From NCBI GenBank assembly GCA_051294375.1, contig CM119267.1, forward strand, positions 26,399,324 through 26,463,323: 64,000 nucleotides of DNA. The letters are read 5' to 3'. The translations under genes and the position numbers were made by a program. The DNA is from Paraspadella gotoi (Eukaryota; Animalia; Chaetognatha). A model generated the notes under the pieces. That model saw only the letters and a program-made list of their open reading frames with translations. It did no database searches and was not told where the DNA came from. How positions within the stretch are numbered: position 1 is the first letter of the stretch; every line of letters starts with the position of its first letter. Of this stretch, positions 12,204 to 25,800 are shown piece by piece.

Positions 12204-12338
12204 TTAAACTTGTTCTCCGTTCGAGATCTTCGACGTCAATAGACCCCTCATGACGCGGCAGGAAGGAAAAAGAGTAACATCCTTGGGTTGCCCGTACACC
12301 CGCTGCTCATCCGCGTATACGTAAGGAAGTCGCAGAAC
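12204..12338 (-). CDS. SMG8: SMG8 last exon (exon 9)
   Basis: cag|VLRLPYVYADEQRVYGQPKDVTLFPSCRVMRGLL..stop continues exon 8 (..NCVW) in phase 0 and resembles the SMG8 C-terminal WVLRFPYAY motif. Confidence 0.85.
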   Translation of the reverse strand, partial: VLRLPYVYADEQRVYGQPKDVTLFPSCRVMRGLLTSKISNGEQV

Positions 12339-12429
12339 CTGTAATGTGGAATGGGATTCATTATAAGTATTTTATTTTCATAAAACTTCATTATAAGTAT
12401 TTAATGCTTAGTGTATAACATAAAGTATA

Positions 12430-12869
12430 GGGTAGAGGGACCACATTGCTATCAATAGAAATAAAAAACTACAATCAATATATATTTATACATATTTACA
12501 CACATACACATATACATACATATATACAAGCACACAAATCAACAGAAAGAGACACTAATAAAAACATAGAGACAAAGAGACGCTAAAAAATAAATGAGAC
12601 GCTAAAAATGAAATGAGACGCTAACAAATACACAAAAAACTATATCACATAAGTATAAGAGTACATCACATATATAAAACAAAGAGTAAATCACGTATAT
12701 AAAAACAAAAAGACGCTAATAAAAAATGATAATAATAATAAAAACAAAGACGCTAATGAACAAATAAAATGATAACGATAATAATAATAAAAACAAAGAC
12801 GCTAATAAACAAAGAGACGCTAATAAAAATACCACATAAAAAATATAAATATGTGGTCCCTCAATACCC
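12430..12869. mobile_element. MITE-like element with internal gacgctaa repeats
   Basis: Inverted ends gggtagagggaccacat / atgtggtccctcaataccc. Confidence 0.5.
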
Positions 12870-14088
12870 AATACGAGATACCCTCATTGATTAAATAAGT
12901 TCCAATAGCCAATTTTAACCCGTTTAATTAAGTTTCCCAACTCTATAGTCCCATCCTCATTTAATGTACCCAGTACATTACCCAATAAGATTCGTTTTTT
13001 AAAACTTCCCATTTGCCACTTAATTTGGCCACCCAATAATCTTGTTCTAAATCCTTTCTCAAATGAATAATAATTTTTTTAAAAAATATAATTAGAAGTA
13101 CTAAAAGAAAGGCAAAAAATGTTACAATTGTTTCTAATTGGAAATTTTTACAATTTTTTCCAATCATAGCTTGTAACAGGTTTTATTTTTATTTGTATTA
13201 AAATTAAGTTATAGCTTCTAATTAAAAAGGTATTTTAATTTCACATGTTTATTATAGATTCAAAGATTTTTTTATGAATTTCATCTTAAATATTATTTAC
13301 TGCAATATGTAAATTAGATTAAAGTATTTTTATATACTAATTTGGATATTATAATGAGTACTATAATCTCATTTTCATATTGCAGTAATCATAATGAAGT
13401 GGAAATTCAAACAAAAAATACTTGAATCCCAATGTAATATGAAAATTTCAAAACTATTTCAAAATGAGAAGCCATATCTAAATTTTTAACTATATTCATT
13501 TTATCTATATTTAAAACAAATAAGTCTAAACATGTATGTTATTTGTTTCTATTTTAAAAATCGTTGTTTGTAAACAATACAAATTTTTTTCTCACAAACT
13601 AATTCACAACGCAACGAAAGAAAGCATTCACACAATACCATTTCCCTTGAAACTTAACAACTGAAGCCTCCGGAATGAAAACTAAAGCGTTCGGTCTTAG
13701 TATTTTAAATATTTTCAAATACTTTAATTCGAACGTTTCCTAAATAACAAAAACACATTTTTCACTATTTCAGAGTTTGTTCGAGATGCTCTCGTTAAGG
13801 TCCGATCAGTATTTTCACTATTATTAGAAATTTTTCGAGGTGCTCTCGTTAAGGTTCGATCGATTTTTGCCTCTGTATAAGTATTGTATATTTCTCTATC
13901 TCTGGTTCTCTTGCTTATTTCTCATGCGAAATAAATTCTTTGAAAGAAGATTCCTGCTTTTCGATACTAATAATTAAATATAAATTGTTTAATTTTTTCT
14001 TTTTTTGTTGTTGTATTTGATTAGCGGATTCGAAAACGAAAGTTTTATTACTTTTAAGAAAAAGGGTCATTCAATTCAACTTCAAAAT

Positions 14089-17000
14089 ATAAGTCACATC
14101 AACTGTAAATATGGTCAGTTCGAACCCCTAAGGTTCCGAACTTCAGGGGGGATGAGGCGACTTACGATCGGTCTCTCTCTCTCTGAACCTTCCTCTCTCC
14201 TCTTACTTCGTGCCGGTCAGTCCCCATGGTCACTTTGCCCTCGCACTGACCACGATAACCTTACTATAAAGGTGTCCAGTGGACACTGTCCACTGTCCGT
14301 TTACGTTTAGTGTCCCAAATCTGGGCGACAAATTAAAACCAAAAAAAATGCTGGCACCGGGGGTGAAAAGGCCAAATTTGGTTCCTCTGTCGTAAACGAG
14401 ATTAAATTCTACGTAGCGACCCGCCGCAGGAGCTGCCATCGACGATCGGCCCATGAGTAACCGTCGTGTTTGTGTTTGGCCACTGAAAAGAGAAGAGAAA
14501 ATTACTCGGTGAAAGAGGAAGACATCGGGCGGACGAGTTTCGGAGATCTCACTCACCAAGAGGAGCATAGGAGGGAAGGACAGAGTTGGCGGCGTCGACG
14601 AGAAAGGTGAAGGCAGCGTCGAGATTCGGTGTCTCCAAATCGTCGAAGAAAATCCCACCAACGCCGCGACGCTCACCGCGGAAAGGATTCAAGAAGTATT
14701 CGTCGCACCTGGATAACGAGAGGCCCTCAGCAATAGCAATAGCAAAAAAAAAAAAAAAAAAAGAATTGGGTTACCATTTCTTAAACTCTTTGTAGCGAGT
14801 GGGGTGATGCTTGTCGCAGGCGGCCTTCAACGTCTTATGAAAGTGGACAAAGTCTTCCTCATTGTAGACGTAGGGAGTCAAGTCGGTACCGCGCCAAACC
14901 AGGCCGTCGTCGCTCCGTCGTCGTCGCGGATCTCAAAATACCTGGAGGTGAAGAGCGAAGAGAAGCAAAGGAAATGAAGGCGAAAAGATACCAACGCTCA
15001 CCTGTATTAAAGTGGACCGTGGGAACGTGAGGATTTCTAGGGTGGATAACGGAGCTGATCCCACAGGCGAAAAAATTCGGCTCCTCCGCTGAAAATTGGC
15101 GTCCACGTGACCTGAAAAGTATTTGGTAATTGTTCTACTTAATAAATTTCATCAACTGAAAGGTTTACAAGAAAAACAGTGCATGTTTTTGTCAAAGAAC
15201 ACGCCTCCCGTATAGCTTGGTGAAACTCAGCTCGTCCCATTGGCTTGGACAGCTAAGTACTCGTTCACTAACCCTGAGTTCGGGGTTTAATCCCTCACAG
15301 TCACTCTGGTTAAAGTGTGATGGACCGATGGTGTTGGCATAAACACGCCAGTGACAGAGTGGTCATTGCAAGTCCAAAGCCCTGAGCGCCAGCTGTCGGG
15401 AGATGCCTCACACCCCGGGCATCACACATGTTCCCCCATTTTATTGCTTCATTTTGAAAATGCTCTTTTGCTTTTTCGAACCAAAAATCGGTTCTGACCA
15501 AATCACTGAACCAAATTTGATACGATACAAATGGGACTATCGTGGCGATTTTCAATATTGTACCCCTGAGCTATGGTACAGAGCCATGGGGGTCACCCAA
15601 AGGGGGCAAAAAATGACCAAATTTTATTTAAAAAAAGATAAATTTTTTTTCATAGATGATTTGCATTACTTTGTAGAAAAACATTTTAAAAACGAAAACT
15701 TGAATGAACCGCCTATGTTCATGATCCTGGAAATAGAGGAAAAAATTGGTTTTTCACAATAATAGATTTACTTTACTGGACAAAAAAGGTTTCTGCAACA
15801 GTTCGGTTTAAAAAAATTGAAAACAATTTTATTCCACTTGGGCTGACCTCTTGTGAGCCCATATCTCGGGTCATAGGTCAAGTTTCAAAAATCCCTTCAA
15901 TAGTCCCAATTCTATTGCCCTATAGTTAGTTCAAGCAAAATTTCATCAATTTCGGTCTAGTAGTTTGATCGGAACCGATTCTTGTTTGAAAAAATTAAAG
16001 AGGATTTCTAATATGAAGCCTTGTATTTTTATTAATACAAAAACGACATTAACAAAAAATGTAAAGAAAAATTTTTCATTTAAATTGATCAATGAATCCA
16101 TGAAAAAACCTCATTGAGCAGCGGCAGCCTTGCTGAGTTTTCCGTGGACTACGGAGACGTTGACGCCGGCCTTTTCAAAGACCATTCCGTCCTGAAGGGC
16201 GCAAGTGACGCCTCCACCACCTTCTGGCCTTTCCATCGATCAACCTTCGAAAAGAGCGATAAGATCATCAACGGAATGGATCTATAAACGGACTTGGTTG
16301 GCCAAGTGCTCGTCTCCTTCACGAATCATCAGAATGCCGACGAATCACAGACCTTACTTCAACCTTAGAATGACCAATGACCGACAGAGGAACCGACGGA
16401 GGGATTGATGGTCAAAATTGCTAAGAGAACTCTAGGCATTCACCTCTACACCCAAAACTCAAGAAAGAACACTTCTTCAAATAATTATTGAACTGTTTAA
16501 TATTGTCATCACCTTTGTCTTAACCTTTGTCATCGTGTCATCGTTACCTATGTCATCACCCTAATCATTGTCCGTCATAAATAAAACCATTGTCAACCAA
16601 ATACTTTGCCACTTATTAATTACCCTCGTTATTTGACTAAACGTCAACGAGATTATTTTTAAAAAATTCGCCCTCGACTCTAAAAACGGCGACGCGGCTT
16701 AACTCACCTCGCCTCACCTGGAACGTTTTGTCCTCTTCCAACTTCTCGAGTTCTCCGCAGATCTGCCCCTGCAATCCCATGATGAGAAGTTCCATCTTTC
16801 GCTTTGTCTCGCCGCTTTCCTCTATGAGAAGAGATGCGTCGGTAATCGTGGCGCCATCACTTTCTCTGGCGCAAACTGGAATCAGGAGTCATTTTTGGGA
16901 AACTCATGGGTTGGATGACGGAAGATATTTCGGCGGCCAGCGCCACAAAGCGTCGCTCGTCTCGACAAGTGGACCACAGCCATGCCCCCGTAGACGCGGC

Positions 17001-18714
17001 ACCGATAGTCATCACCAACCCGGCCACCGATCAAGGGGCTCCGTCTTTCGAGGGAAGAGCGAGACCAACGTAGAAAAAGGAAAGGGCACGGGAAGAGCAA
17101 GAGTTTGAAGGAAGCATCGCGTCCAATCGCGAAAATTCCCTTTTAAATTCTTAATGAACAAAGAGCCAATTACGGATCTATAGGCTTAACAAAACAGAAC
17201 ATTTTAATTTCATGTAATTTCAAAAATGTGAACTTTGTCTTTAAACTTGTTCTCCGTTCGAGATCTTCGACGTCAATAGACCCTCATGACGCGGCAGGAA
17301 GGAAAAAGAGTAACATCCTTGGGTTGCCCGTACACCCGCTGCTCATCCGCGTATACGTAAGGAAGTCGCAGAACCTGTAATGTGGAATGGGCTTCATTAT
17401 AAGTATTTTATTTTCATAAAACTTCATTATAAGTATTTAATGCTTAGTGTATAACATAAAGTATAGGGTAGAGGGACCACATTGCTATCAATAGAAATAA
17501 AAAACTACAATCAATATATATTTATACATATTTACACACATACACATATACATACATATATACAAGCACACAAATCAACAGAAAGAGACACTAATAAAAA
17601 CATAGAGACAAAGAGACGCTAAAAAATAAATGAGACGCTAAAAATGAAATGAGACGCTAACAAATACACAAAAAAACTATATCACATAAGTATAAGAGTA
17701 CATCACATATATAAAACAAAGAGTAAATCACGTATATAAAACACAAAAAGACGCTAATAAAAAATGATAATAATAAAAAACAAAGACGCTAATGAACAAA
17801 TAAAATGATAACGATAATAATAATAAAAACAAAGACGCTAATAAACAAAGAGACGCTAATAAAAATACCACATAAAAAATATAAATATGTGGTCCCTCAA
17901 TACCCAATACGAGATACCCTCATTGATTAAATAAGTTCCAATAGCCAATTTTAACCCGTTTAATTAAGTTCCCAACTCTATAGTCCCATCCTCATTTAAT
18001 GTACCCAGTACATTACCCAATAAGATTCGTTTTTTAAAACTTCCCATTTGCCACTTAATTTGGCCACCCAATAATCTTGTTCTAAATCCTTTCTAAATGA
18101 ATAATAATTTTTTTAAAAAATATAATTAGAAGTACTAAAAGAAAGGCAAAAAATGTTACAATTGTTTCTAATTGGAAATTTTTACAATTTTTTCCAATCA
18201 TAGCTTGTAACAGGTTTTATTTTTATTTGTATTAAAATTAAGTTATAGCTTCTAATTAAAAAGGTATTTTAATTTCACATGTTTATTATAGATTCAAAGA
18301 TTTTTTTATGAATTTCATCTTAAATATTATTTACTGCAATATGTAAATTAGATTAAAGTATTTTTATATACTAATTTGGATATTATAATGAGTACTATAA
18401 TCTCATTTTCATATTGCAGTAATCATAATGAAGTGGAAATTCAAACAAAAAATACTTGAATCCCAATGTAATATGAAAATTTCAAAACTATTTCAAAATG
18501 AGAAGCCATATCTAAATTTTAACTATATTCATTTTATCTATATTTAAAACAAATAAGTCTAAACATGTATGTTATTTGTTTCTATTTTAAAAATCGTTGT
18601 TTGTAAACAATACAAATTTTTTTCTCACAAACTAATTCACAACGCAACGAAAGAAAGCATTCACACAATACCATTTCCCTTGAAACTTAACAACTGAAGC
18701 CTCCGGAATGAAAA
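14089..18714. repeat. Near-identical duplicate of 9033-13681 (probably second haplotype or gap-fill artefact)
   Basis: Differences are almost all 1-nt indels in homopolymers; a 25-N gap follows at 18986-19010. Confidence 0.85.
14358..17374 (-). pseudogene. CPOX: Frameshifted second copy of CPOX exons 1-6 (ATG 17117) and SMG8 last exon (17374-17241); likely unpolished allelic sequence
   Basis: Same exons with single-base indels (cgacccgcc vs cgaccccgcc, cctgtatta vs cctgtaatta, ctcattgag vs ctcatttgag). Confidence 0.6.
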
Positions 18715-18715
18715 T

Positions 18716-18985
18716 CTTAGATCCAAATGGAATCACGATTCTGATCGAACCCCCCCACGAATGCCTTTTGTCTCACTAAAGGCGAGACTACCGCGCAGTG
18801 CATCAGAAAGAAAACGAAAACAAAAAAACATCGAAAAAGAATATCTTTTTTGAGCAGCGCTGCAGCACCGTCCGCCCCGCCGCTGCGGGGCTCCACACGA
18901 AGTGCTGCTGTGCCGACAGACGCGTCACATGTCCCGAGAAGAAACTGCAGAAGAGCTCCAAGCGACGTCCCTACAGTAGAAACGG
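18716..18985 (-). mobile_element. Right end of a DIRS element: YR C-terminus, right ITR and right extension (rE)
   Basis: FYCRDVAWS at ~18985-18955; 18738-18935 resembles the copy-1 left ITR; 18716-18740 is the reverse complement of the copy-3 ICR spacer (26717-26742) with one indel. Confidence 0.8.
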
Positions 18986-19268
18986 NNNNNNNNNNNNNNN
19001 NNNNNNNNNNATAGCTAAAATGGAGTACAAATTCAGAAAGCTGAGCTCTTGGCGATTCCGAAAATGTATTCACTTTAAGCATTTGATGCATTCTACCCCA
19101 TTTTATATCGGTTTTAATTATAATATAAAATAAAAGAAACCTATCTGAAGAGTTGCAGGTCAAACGAAAAGGCCAATCCATCTGATATTTTTTATGAATT
19201 TTTTATTACTGAATTAGAAAAATGTAATAGAGAGACATTTTTAAATTTCAACTTGTATCCTTGAAAAT

Positions 19269-21990
19269 TTTTAATTCCTTTATGGAATATTAATTCTATA
19301 TCGGTCCGCCTCGCCACGAAATGCCCTTTTGTTCGCGCTAGTCGATAGATCGCGCGTTTATCAAGTAAGAAAAAACGAACAAAATAACATCGATAGATGA
19401 AAAAAAGAAAATCCAGGGGGAAGCCGTCACGTGACCGGCCTCGACCAATGGGAGCCCGGCAAATCCCAAGCCGGCTCCCTCCCTCATCTGGGAATACGAA
19501 TGCCTCAAACGTCCCTAGAAGATCCCGGAGGGGCGCTCCACGCGACGTCCTGCAGTAGAAACTGAAGAAGGTCTGCGCGCCAGACCAATCTCCCGCGCGA
19601 AGGATGACGCCAAGATCCACTCCGCGGGCAAAGGCGTCCGAGACCGCCATAGCGCGCGTCGACCCCGGGGACGCGGAAACGTCCGCCTCCAAGAAAAGCT
19701 CCTTGAGAAGGGAGCAAAACGCTGCATCGAGAGTTGACGAAAAGGCGGCGCGGGAGCGCAGAAAGAAAATCGTGCGGCGCGCCAATTCCGAATGGAGAGC
19801 CAATTGCGCAGCGCCTGAACCGGGCAACGATCTGAGAGCGCAGCGAATCGAGACGGAATGCCGGACCCATGTGTCCGACCCTGTCCGTCTTCGAGAGCGT
19901 CGATGGAACCTGACGAACGTGAACTACCGCCAAGGAAAGAAAGCCCGCGTCGCAACGAAGAGAGACGATCTCTGAAGGGCGACGAGCTGACGCTAAAGCG
20001 ACGAAAAAGAGGCGAGCGTCGTAGAAGATCCCTCGGCGCGATCGGAAGTGGCGCCGAGTCGAGAATGCGTAAAACCGAGGCCGCATTCCACGTGGGAAAA
20101 TCCGACGTGAGGGAGGGCGTCTCTCGAAAACTCCCTTGAGAAGGCGCCGGACCAAAGGATGCTCTCCAACCGGCGCCCGCCAGGGGGGGAGAATAGCTGA
20201 GATGGCCGATCTGTGAAGGTTGATCGTGCTGTACGAGAGGATCCTCGAACATCTCTATCCTGAAGGAAGTCGCAGAAGGAGCACCAAGCTCTGGCGTAGC
20301 GCTCTCTGGTAGAGCCTCTCCAGCTGTCGACGATGACGGAGAAGGTGAGTCGTCGATGTCGGAGAGATTGTGGCACCGCCTAAAATCCTCCAGACGACGA
20401 GCCTGAAGCGATCCGCCTGCGGAGGCGGAAGTCCGGACACGAGGTCGACGACGAGGTTTGTCGGCGCCGGAAGGCGCCTCGCGTCCAGAATCCGAAGGAG
20501 AAGTAGGCTCGGGAACCACTTCTGAGCCGGCCAAAACGGGGTGATCAGGAGAAAGGAGCCCCTCGCCTTCTCCAGCTTGCGGATCACCATCATCAGCAGA
20601 GGAGGGGGAGGAAGGAGATAGGCCAGGTCGAAGACCCAGCGTTGCACCAGGCGTCTATCCCCTCCGCCTCCGGCGTCGCCTCCCAGGCGAAAAAACGTGG
20701 AACTTGAGCCGACCGGGGAGTCGCGAAAAGATCGAAGCTGGGGAGACCGAAAATGTCGACCATCTGGCGGAAAACTCTCGGAAGGAATTTCCAGTCCGCC
20801 ACCTTGCGGCCCCTCGACGCCGCGTTCGTGAAGAGATACTCCTCCGAAGAGAGATGGACTCCTGCTGCAGCCCCGACGAAGGCAGGTGAGAGAGACGAGG
20901 CTGTCCGTCTTCCAAAGGATGGACGCGCCGTGGAAGGAAGCTCCGAATTGTTGGAGGAAGATCTTCAGAACTGTGAACTCCTTCACATTGATATGGAGAG
21001 GGGCCTCCGCAGTCGACCAGGTTCCCCTCGACAGCTGGCCCTGATGGAGAATCCCCCATCCCTGCGACGAAGCATCCGTCGTCACCTCCAGCGTGCAGTC
21101 CTCCGGGAGGAGGTCGTCGATCGGAGCGAAGCACTGGTCTGGAGAAAGGGCTGTGATCCACCGCAGCTCCTCCATCGCCGGCGAGTGGAGAGGAACAACG
21201 CGGTCGAGATCCTTCTCCAACTTGTAGACGCGATTGACGTCTCGTTGAATCCTCGAAGACCGGCAACGTAGCAGCGGAACCGCCATGGACGCCGCCGTCG
21301 AATGGCCTAGAAGCTGAAGGCACTGACGGGCACGTGGTGCGGTCGTGACAAAAGATTCTCCGCGAGAGAGCGAAGAGTTGTAATTTTCGCCTCCGGGAGC
21401 GCGATGGAGTGGGAGAGGCTGTCCCAAACGAAACCGAGGAAATCGAACCTCTGAGATGGGACAGGCTCGACTTCTGAAGGTGGATGATGAACCCCGCCTC
21501 CTTGAGTAGCCACACCGCCTTCCGAGTGGCTCTCGACAATCGTCCGCCGAAGATCCCAGGATCAAGATGTCGTCTTATAAAAGAGGCATCGAATTCCCTG
21601 TTGGCAGAGCCACTGCACTTAAGGCCTCGTCGACTTGGTGAAAAGCCAAGGGCCCGTCGAGAGGTCGAAAGGAAGGACTCTGTACCGGTAGAAGCGGCCC
21701 TTCCAAAAGAAGCGGCAAAATTTCCGATGATCCTCGTGGATCGGGAAAAGGAGATAAGCATCTCGAAGGTCTACCGAGGCACCCCAATCGCCTCGTCGAA
21801 GCATCCTTCGTACGTCCGGGACTCCTTCCATCCGGAAATAAGGCGGCGAAAGGAAACGAGAGTTGAGCTTTTTAAAGTTCAAAATCGGGCGCCAGCCTCC
21901 ATCTTTCTTCGCAACGAGAAAAACATGGAAAAGAAAAAACCCGGAGAAACCGGGACTACCTCGATGGCGTCCTCTCCCAAAGCCGCCGCA
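19269..21990 (-). mobile_element. DIRS-type retrotransposon, copy 2 (5'-truncated)
   Basis: RT (KKDGGWRPILNFKKLN, DWGASVDLRDAY, YRVLPF), RNase H (VTTDASSQGWG, HINVKEF), MT-like (FDLFAT, LITPFWPAQKWFP), YR (STRERYARAW, ARRPSE, GSTRAMA, AGDWS, FYCR); divergent right ITR from ~19293. Confidence 0.9.
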
Positions 21991-21991
21991 A

Positions 21992-22812
21992 TAGGGGTTG
22001 CCAAATGCCAAAAGTTGCTCGGATTTCAAATGAGGTCTCAGATAATATGTGGAGGCCTAAAAAAAGATGTTAGGAACAATCGCCATTTAAATAAGTTGAT
22101 CACTGGCCGTGCTACCCTGCCTTGAAGGATTTTGGCACACCTTTCACTTCATAGTTTATTGTGTCTAAAAAAGAAAGGTTTTTATGTCCACTTAAATTAT
22201 TAGTTGTAAAAGTATATAAAGTTAATTCAAATAAATTTTCAGATCTTAACTCCCTCTGGAGGCTCTGCTGCAGCATTTACAATATGCTGGAGGAGGTGGT
22301 AGCTATTAAAATAAAGAGTATATCTTTTGAGTGCTGATGGTACTATAAAAGGTTCCTATAAAATATATTCATTAACAAGCCTTTTAACTAATTTCATAAC
22401 CTTTTTTTGAAAATGCAAGTATGTCTACATCCTGGAGGATACTTCTTGTACAGTTTTTTATAATTACTTAAATTATGTACAAAATTTATATCTATTAATT
22501 AGATAGTAAGACAGTTTAATAAAAATAGATAAGATAAAAGTTTTTGGTAAATCTTAAATTGATTGACCAACAACTTTTCATGGGAGCCTCTTTTGAAGGA
22601 TTCTGAAAATTTATCTCCACACCCCATCAATTAAAAAAAAGGAAAGTTATGTTATCAAAAATAGCTTTAATAGCTGGCCAAATACTCGTAGTTACTTTTT
22701 TAATTAAAATTTTTTGAACAGCATTCTTTATACGACCTGTAAAGGCATTTCCAATATGCTGGAGGATGTGGACAAAGGCTTGCTGCTGATAAAGCTTTTA
22801 ATTAAAGAATAA
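21992..22812. mobile_element. One arm of the foldback/MULE-like element
   Basis: Nearly identical to 51806-52630. Confidence 0.8.
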
Positions 22813-22827
22813 TCTCTCTGCAACAAC

Positions 22828-25800
22828 AAAAAAGGTCTGGTCCCCAGACCAATCTCCGGCTCTCAAGAAGACGCCGAGAACGACGCCACGGGCGAAGGCC
22901 TCCGAAACCGCCATGGCGCGTGTAGAGCCGGGAGGGGCGTCCACTTCCGCCTCGAGGAAAAGAGCCTTGAGAAAGGACGCAAGACGTTGCGTAGACAGCT
23001 GCTTGTAGGGATGCGACGGAGCGCAGAAAAGAAAAGAGTGGTCCGGCGACAGAACCTCGCGAACGCCGAGCCACTCCCTGATGGCGTTGAGTGGGCAGCG
23101 CGAAGAAGACGGGAGCGCATCCACTCGAAAAGCCGGGCCTAAGTGGCCGACACGATCCGTCTTGAAAAGGCGAGAGGGCACAAAACGCGCATGATCCTGT
23201 GCCAAAGAGAAGTGGGCGTGATCGCATTAGAGCGAAACAAACTCCGAAGACCTCCTTGCTAAAGCGAGCGCGAAGAGGAAGAACGAGCGCCGGAGAATGA
23301 GAGCGGGCGACAGCGGAAGAGGCGAAACATCCAAAACGCGCAAAACTGACGCCGCATCCCATGGAGGGAAACAACGCCGCGAAAGGGGGCGACGTTCAAA
23401 AGTGCCCTTGAGGAAACGGCGAACGATGGGATGCTCTCCAACTGGAAGGGAACCCACCGGCGGCAGCGTGGCCGAAATAGCGGAGCGATGGAGGTTTACA
23501 GTGTTGTATGAAAGGCCCATCTCCACCAGATGGCCCAAATACTCCAAAACATCGTTCAAGACGCCTCAAGTCCTCGAACGTCCCGACGCTGAAGGAAGGC
23601 GCAGAAGGCCTTCCAGCTCTAGCGTAACGATCGCGAGTGGAGCTCCTCCAACTGTCGGCGATGACCGCGAAGTGGCGTCGTTGAGGTTGTCGAGGTTGTT
23701 CGCCCTCCGAAAATCCTCCAAATGACAAGCTTCAGCCGATTCGCCTGCGGAGGTGGCGAACCTGTGCTGAGGTCGACGACGGCGTCCTCCGGAGCGGGAA
23801 GACGAAGTACCTCCAGGATCTTCAGATTGAGAAGGGATGGAAACCACCTCTGGGCTGGCCAGAAGGGTGTGATCAGGAGGTAGGTCCCTGATGCCTCCTC
23901 CAGCTTGCGAATCACGCTTGGGAGAAGCGGAGGCGGCGGAAAGAGGAAGGCCAGACCGAAAATCCAAATCTGGGCAAGAGCGTCCACTCCCTCTGCTTCT
24001 GTTCCGCCTTCCAGGCGAAGAAGCGGCGGACTTGCGTCGAATCCTTGTCGCAAAAAGATCTATCGCAGGAGCTCCGAAACGCTCGACGATCTGGCGAAAA
24101 AACCTGGGCAGCAGGTGCCAATCCGCCACTAGGCGCCCTCTCGACGCTGCTCTGCAACAGATTTTCCTCCGAAGTCACGTGACTTCCGGTGAGACGAATT
24201 TCGAGAGCATGGGCGAGTAGAAGAGTCTCTCTGACGACCTCGTGGAGGATCTGGGACCGCTGCAAGTGCGTCGAAGGCAGAGAAGAGACACTTGGTGTCG
24301 GACCTCCAATGAAGGGTCGAATCGCAAAGAGAATTGCCGAAATGCCTCAGGAAGATCCTCAGCACTGTGAATTCCTTCACATTGATATGGAGAGGGGCAG
24401 TTGCACCTCCCATGTCCCCTGAAAGAGATCTCCCTGAAAGAGGATTCCCCACGCCCTCTCGGGGACGCATCCGTCTCCAACGCTGGAGCATCCAGAGGCG
24501 TCGGTCGATCGAGATCCAACTCCGAACGATAGACGCGATGACGTCCCGCTGAATCCGAGCAGAGCGACAACGGAGAAGAGGGACGGCCAGAGCCGCCGCC
24601 GTTGCGTACCCTAGAAGTTGAAGCACTAGGCGGGCCTTCGGGCGAGACGCTACGAGGAGAGACGCTGCTGAACGCCGAAGGGATTCCAGCTTTGACGGGG
24701 GAAGCGACACTTGATGAAGACCCCGTCCCCATGGAAGCCGAGAAAATCGAAGCTCTGAGACGGAACGAGACTCGACTTCTCCAAATGAAGAAAGAAGTCC
24801 GCTTCTTTCAGTAATTGGACTGCCTGAAGAGTCGCTTGGGCGCACTCCTCTCTCGAAGAGCCGAGGATCAGGATATCGTCGATGTAAAATAGACAACGAA
24901 AGCCCCTCTGTTTCAGCCACTGAACGAGAGGACGTGTCGTCTTGGTGAAGAGCCACGGGCCGATCGCCAATCCAAACGAAAACACTTTGTACTGGAAAAA
25001 CCTCCCTTTCCAAACGAAGCGACAAAATCGGCGATGGTCCTCGTGCAGCGGGAGGTGAAGGTAAGCGTCGCGGAGAGCGATCGACGCTCCCCAATCGCCT
25101 CGTCGAAACATCTTCCTGATGTCGAAGACTCCTTCCATCCTGAAGTAAGGAGGCGAGAGAAAAACCGTGTTGAGGCGCTTGAGGTTGAGGATCGGCCTCC
25201 AGCCTCCATCCTTCTTCGGAACGAAAAATATCCTCGAGTAAAACCCCGGAGGAGGCTCCACCTCCACTGCGGCGTCTCTCTCGCCGAACGACGGGGTCTC
25301 GTCTGCAGGGCGAGGCAAGCGTGAAGGAAAGGCGTCGGCCCCGGGGAACTTGAATCCCGAAACGTTCTGAAGGATTGGCGAATCCTAGCCGATCAAGCTC
25401 GTCCAAAACGGTAGAAAGAAAAGGAGCCTTCCTCCAACCGGATGGTGAGGAAGCAGCGCCGGATCTGGAGAAAACGTGACCGAGGGTGGAGTCCGGTCCT
25501 GAAGAGCCACTGCAGCCGGACGAGGCGACGACTGCTCCGGCGACGCAGCCCGTCACTTTGAGGGCTTCGCATCCCTGCGCTCTCCGTTTATTCCCGACTT
25601 CTTGGCGGGATAAGGCTTCTTGCCTCCCTTGCGCGCCTGGAAAGAAGGCTTGGCCTTAAAACGCTGACGGCGATCGTCGAAGGAACGAGGACGAGAAGCG
25701 TGAGCGCGCAGGAGAGACGCGTTGACGGCAGAAGCAACTTGGTCCGCCTTGTTGCCGAAGAAAAGAGACTCCGTCGACTGCGCTTCATGAAGGGAGCCGC

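Noticed and set aside
14089-18714. Real tandem duplication of CPOX producing a pseudogene
   Set aside because: Differences are nearly all homopolymer indels, the block abuts a 25-N gap, and the Kolobok-like element broken at 14088 resumes at 19011; more consistent with an uncollapsed haplotype or gap-fill read.
20390-20800. Horizontally acquired phage-type adenine methyltransferase
   Set aside because: This domain is a standard part of DIRS pol downstream of RNase H and occurs in all three copies.
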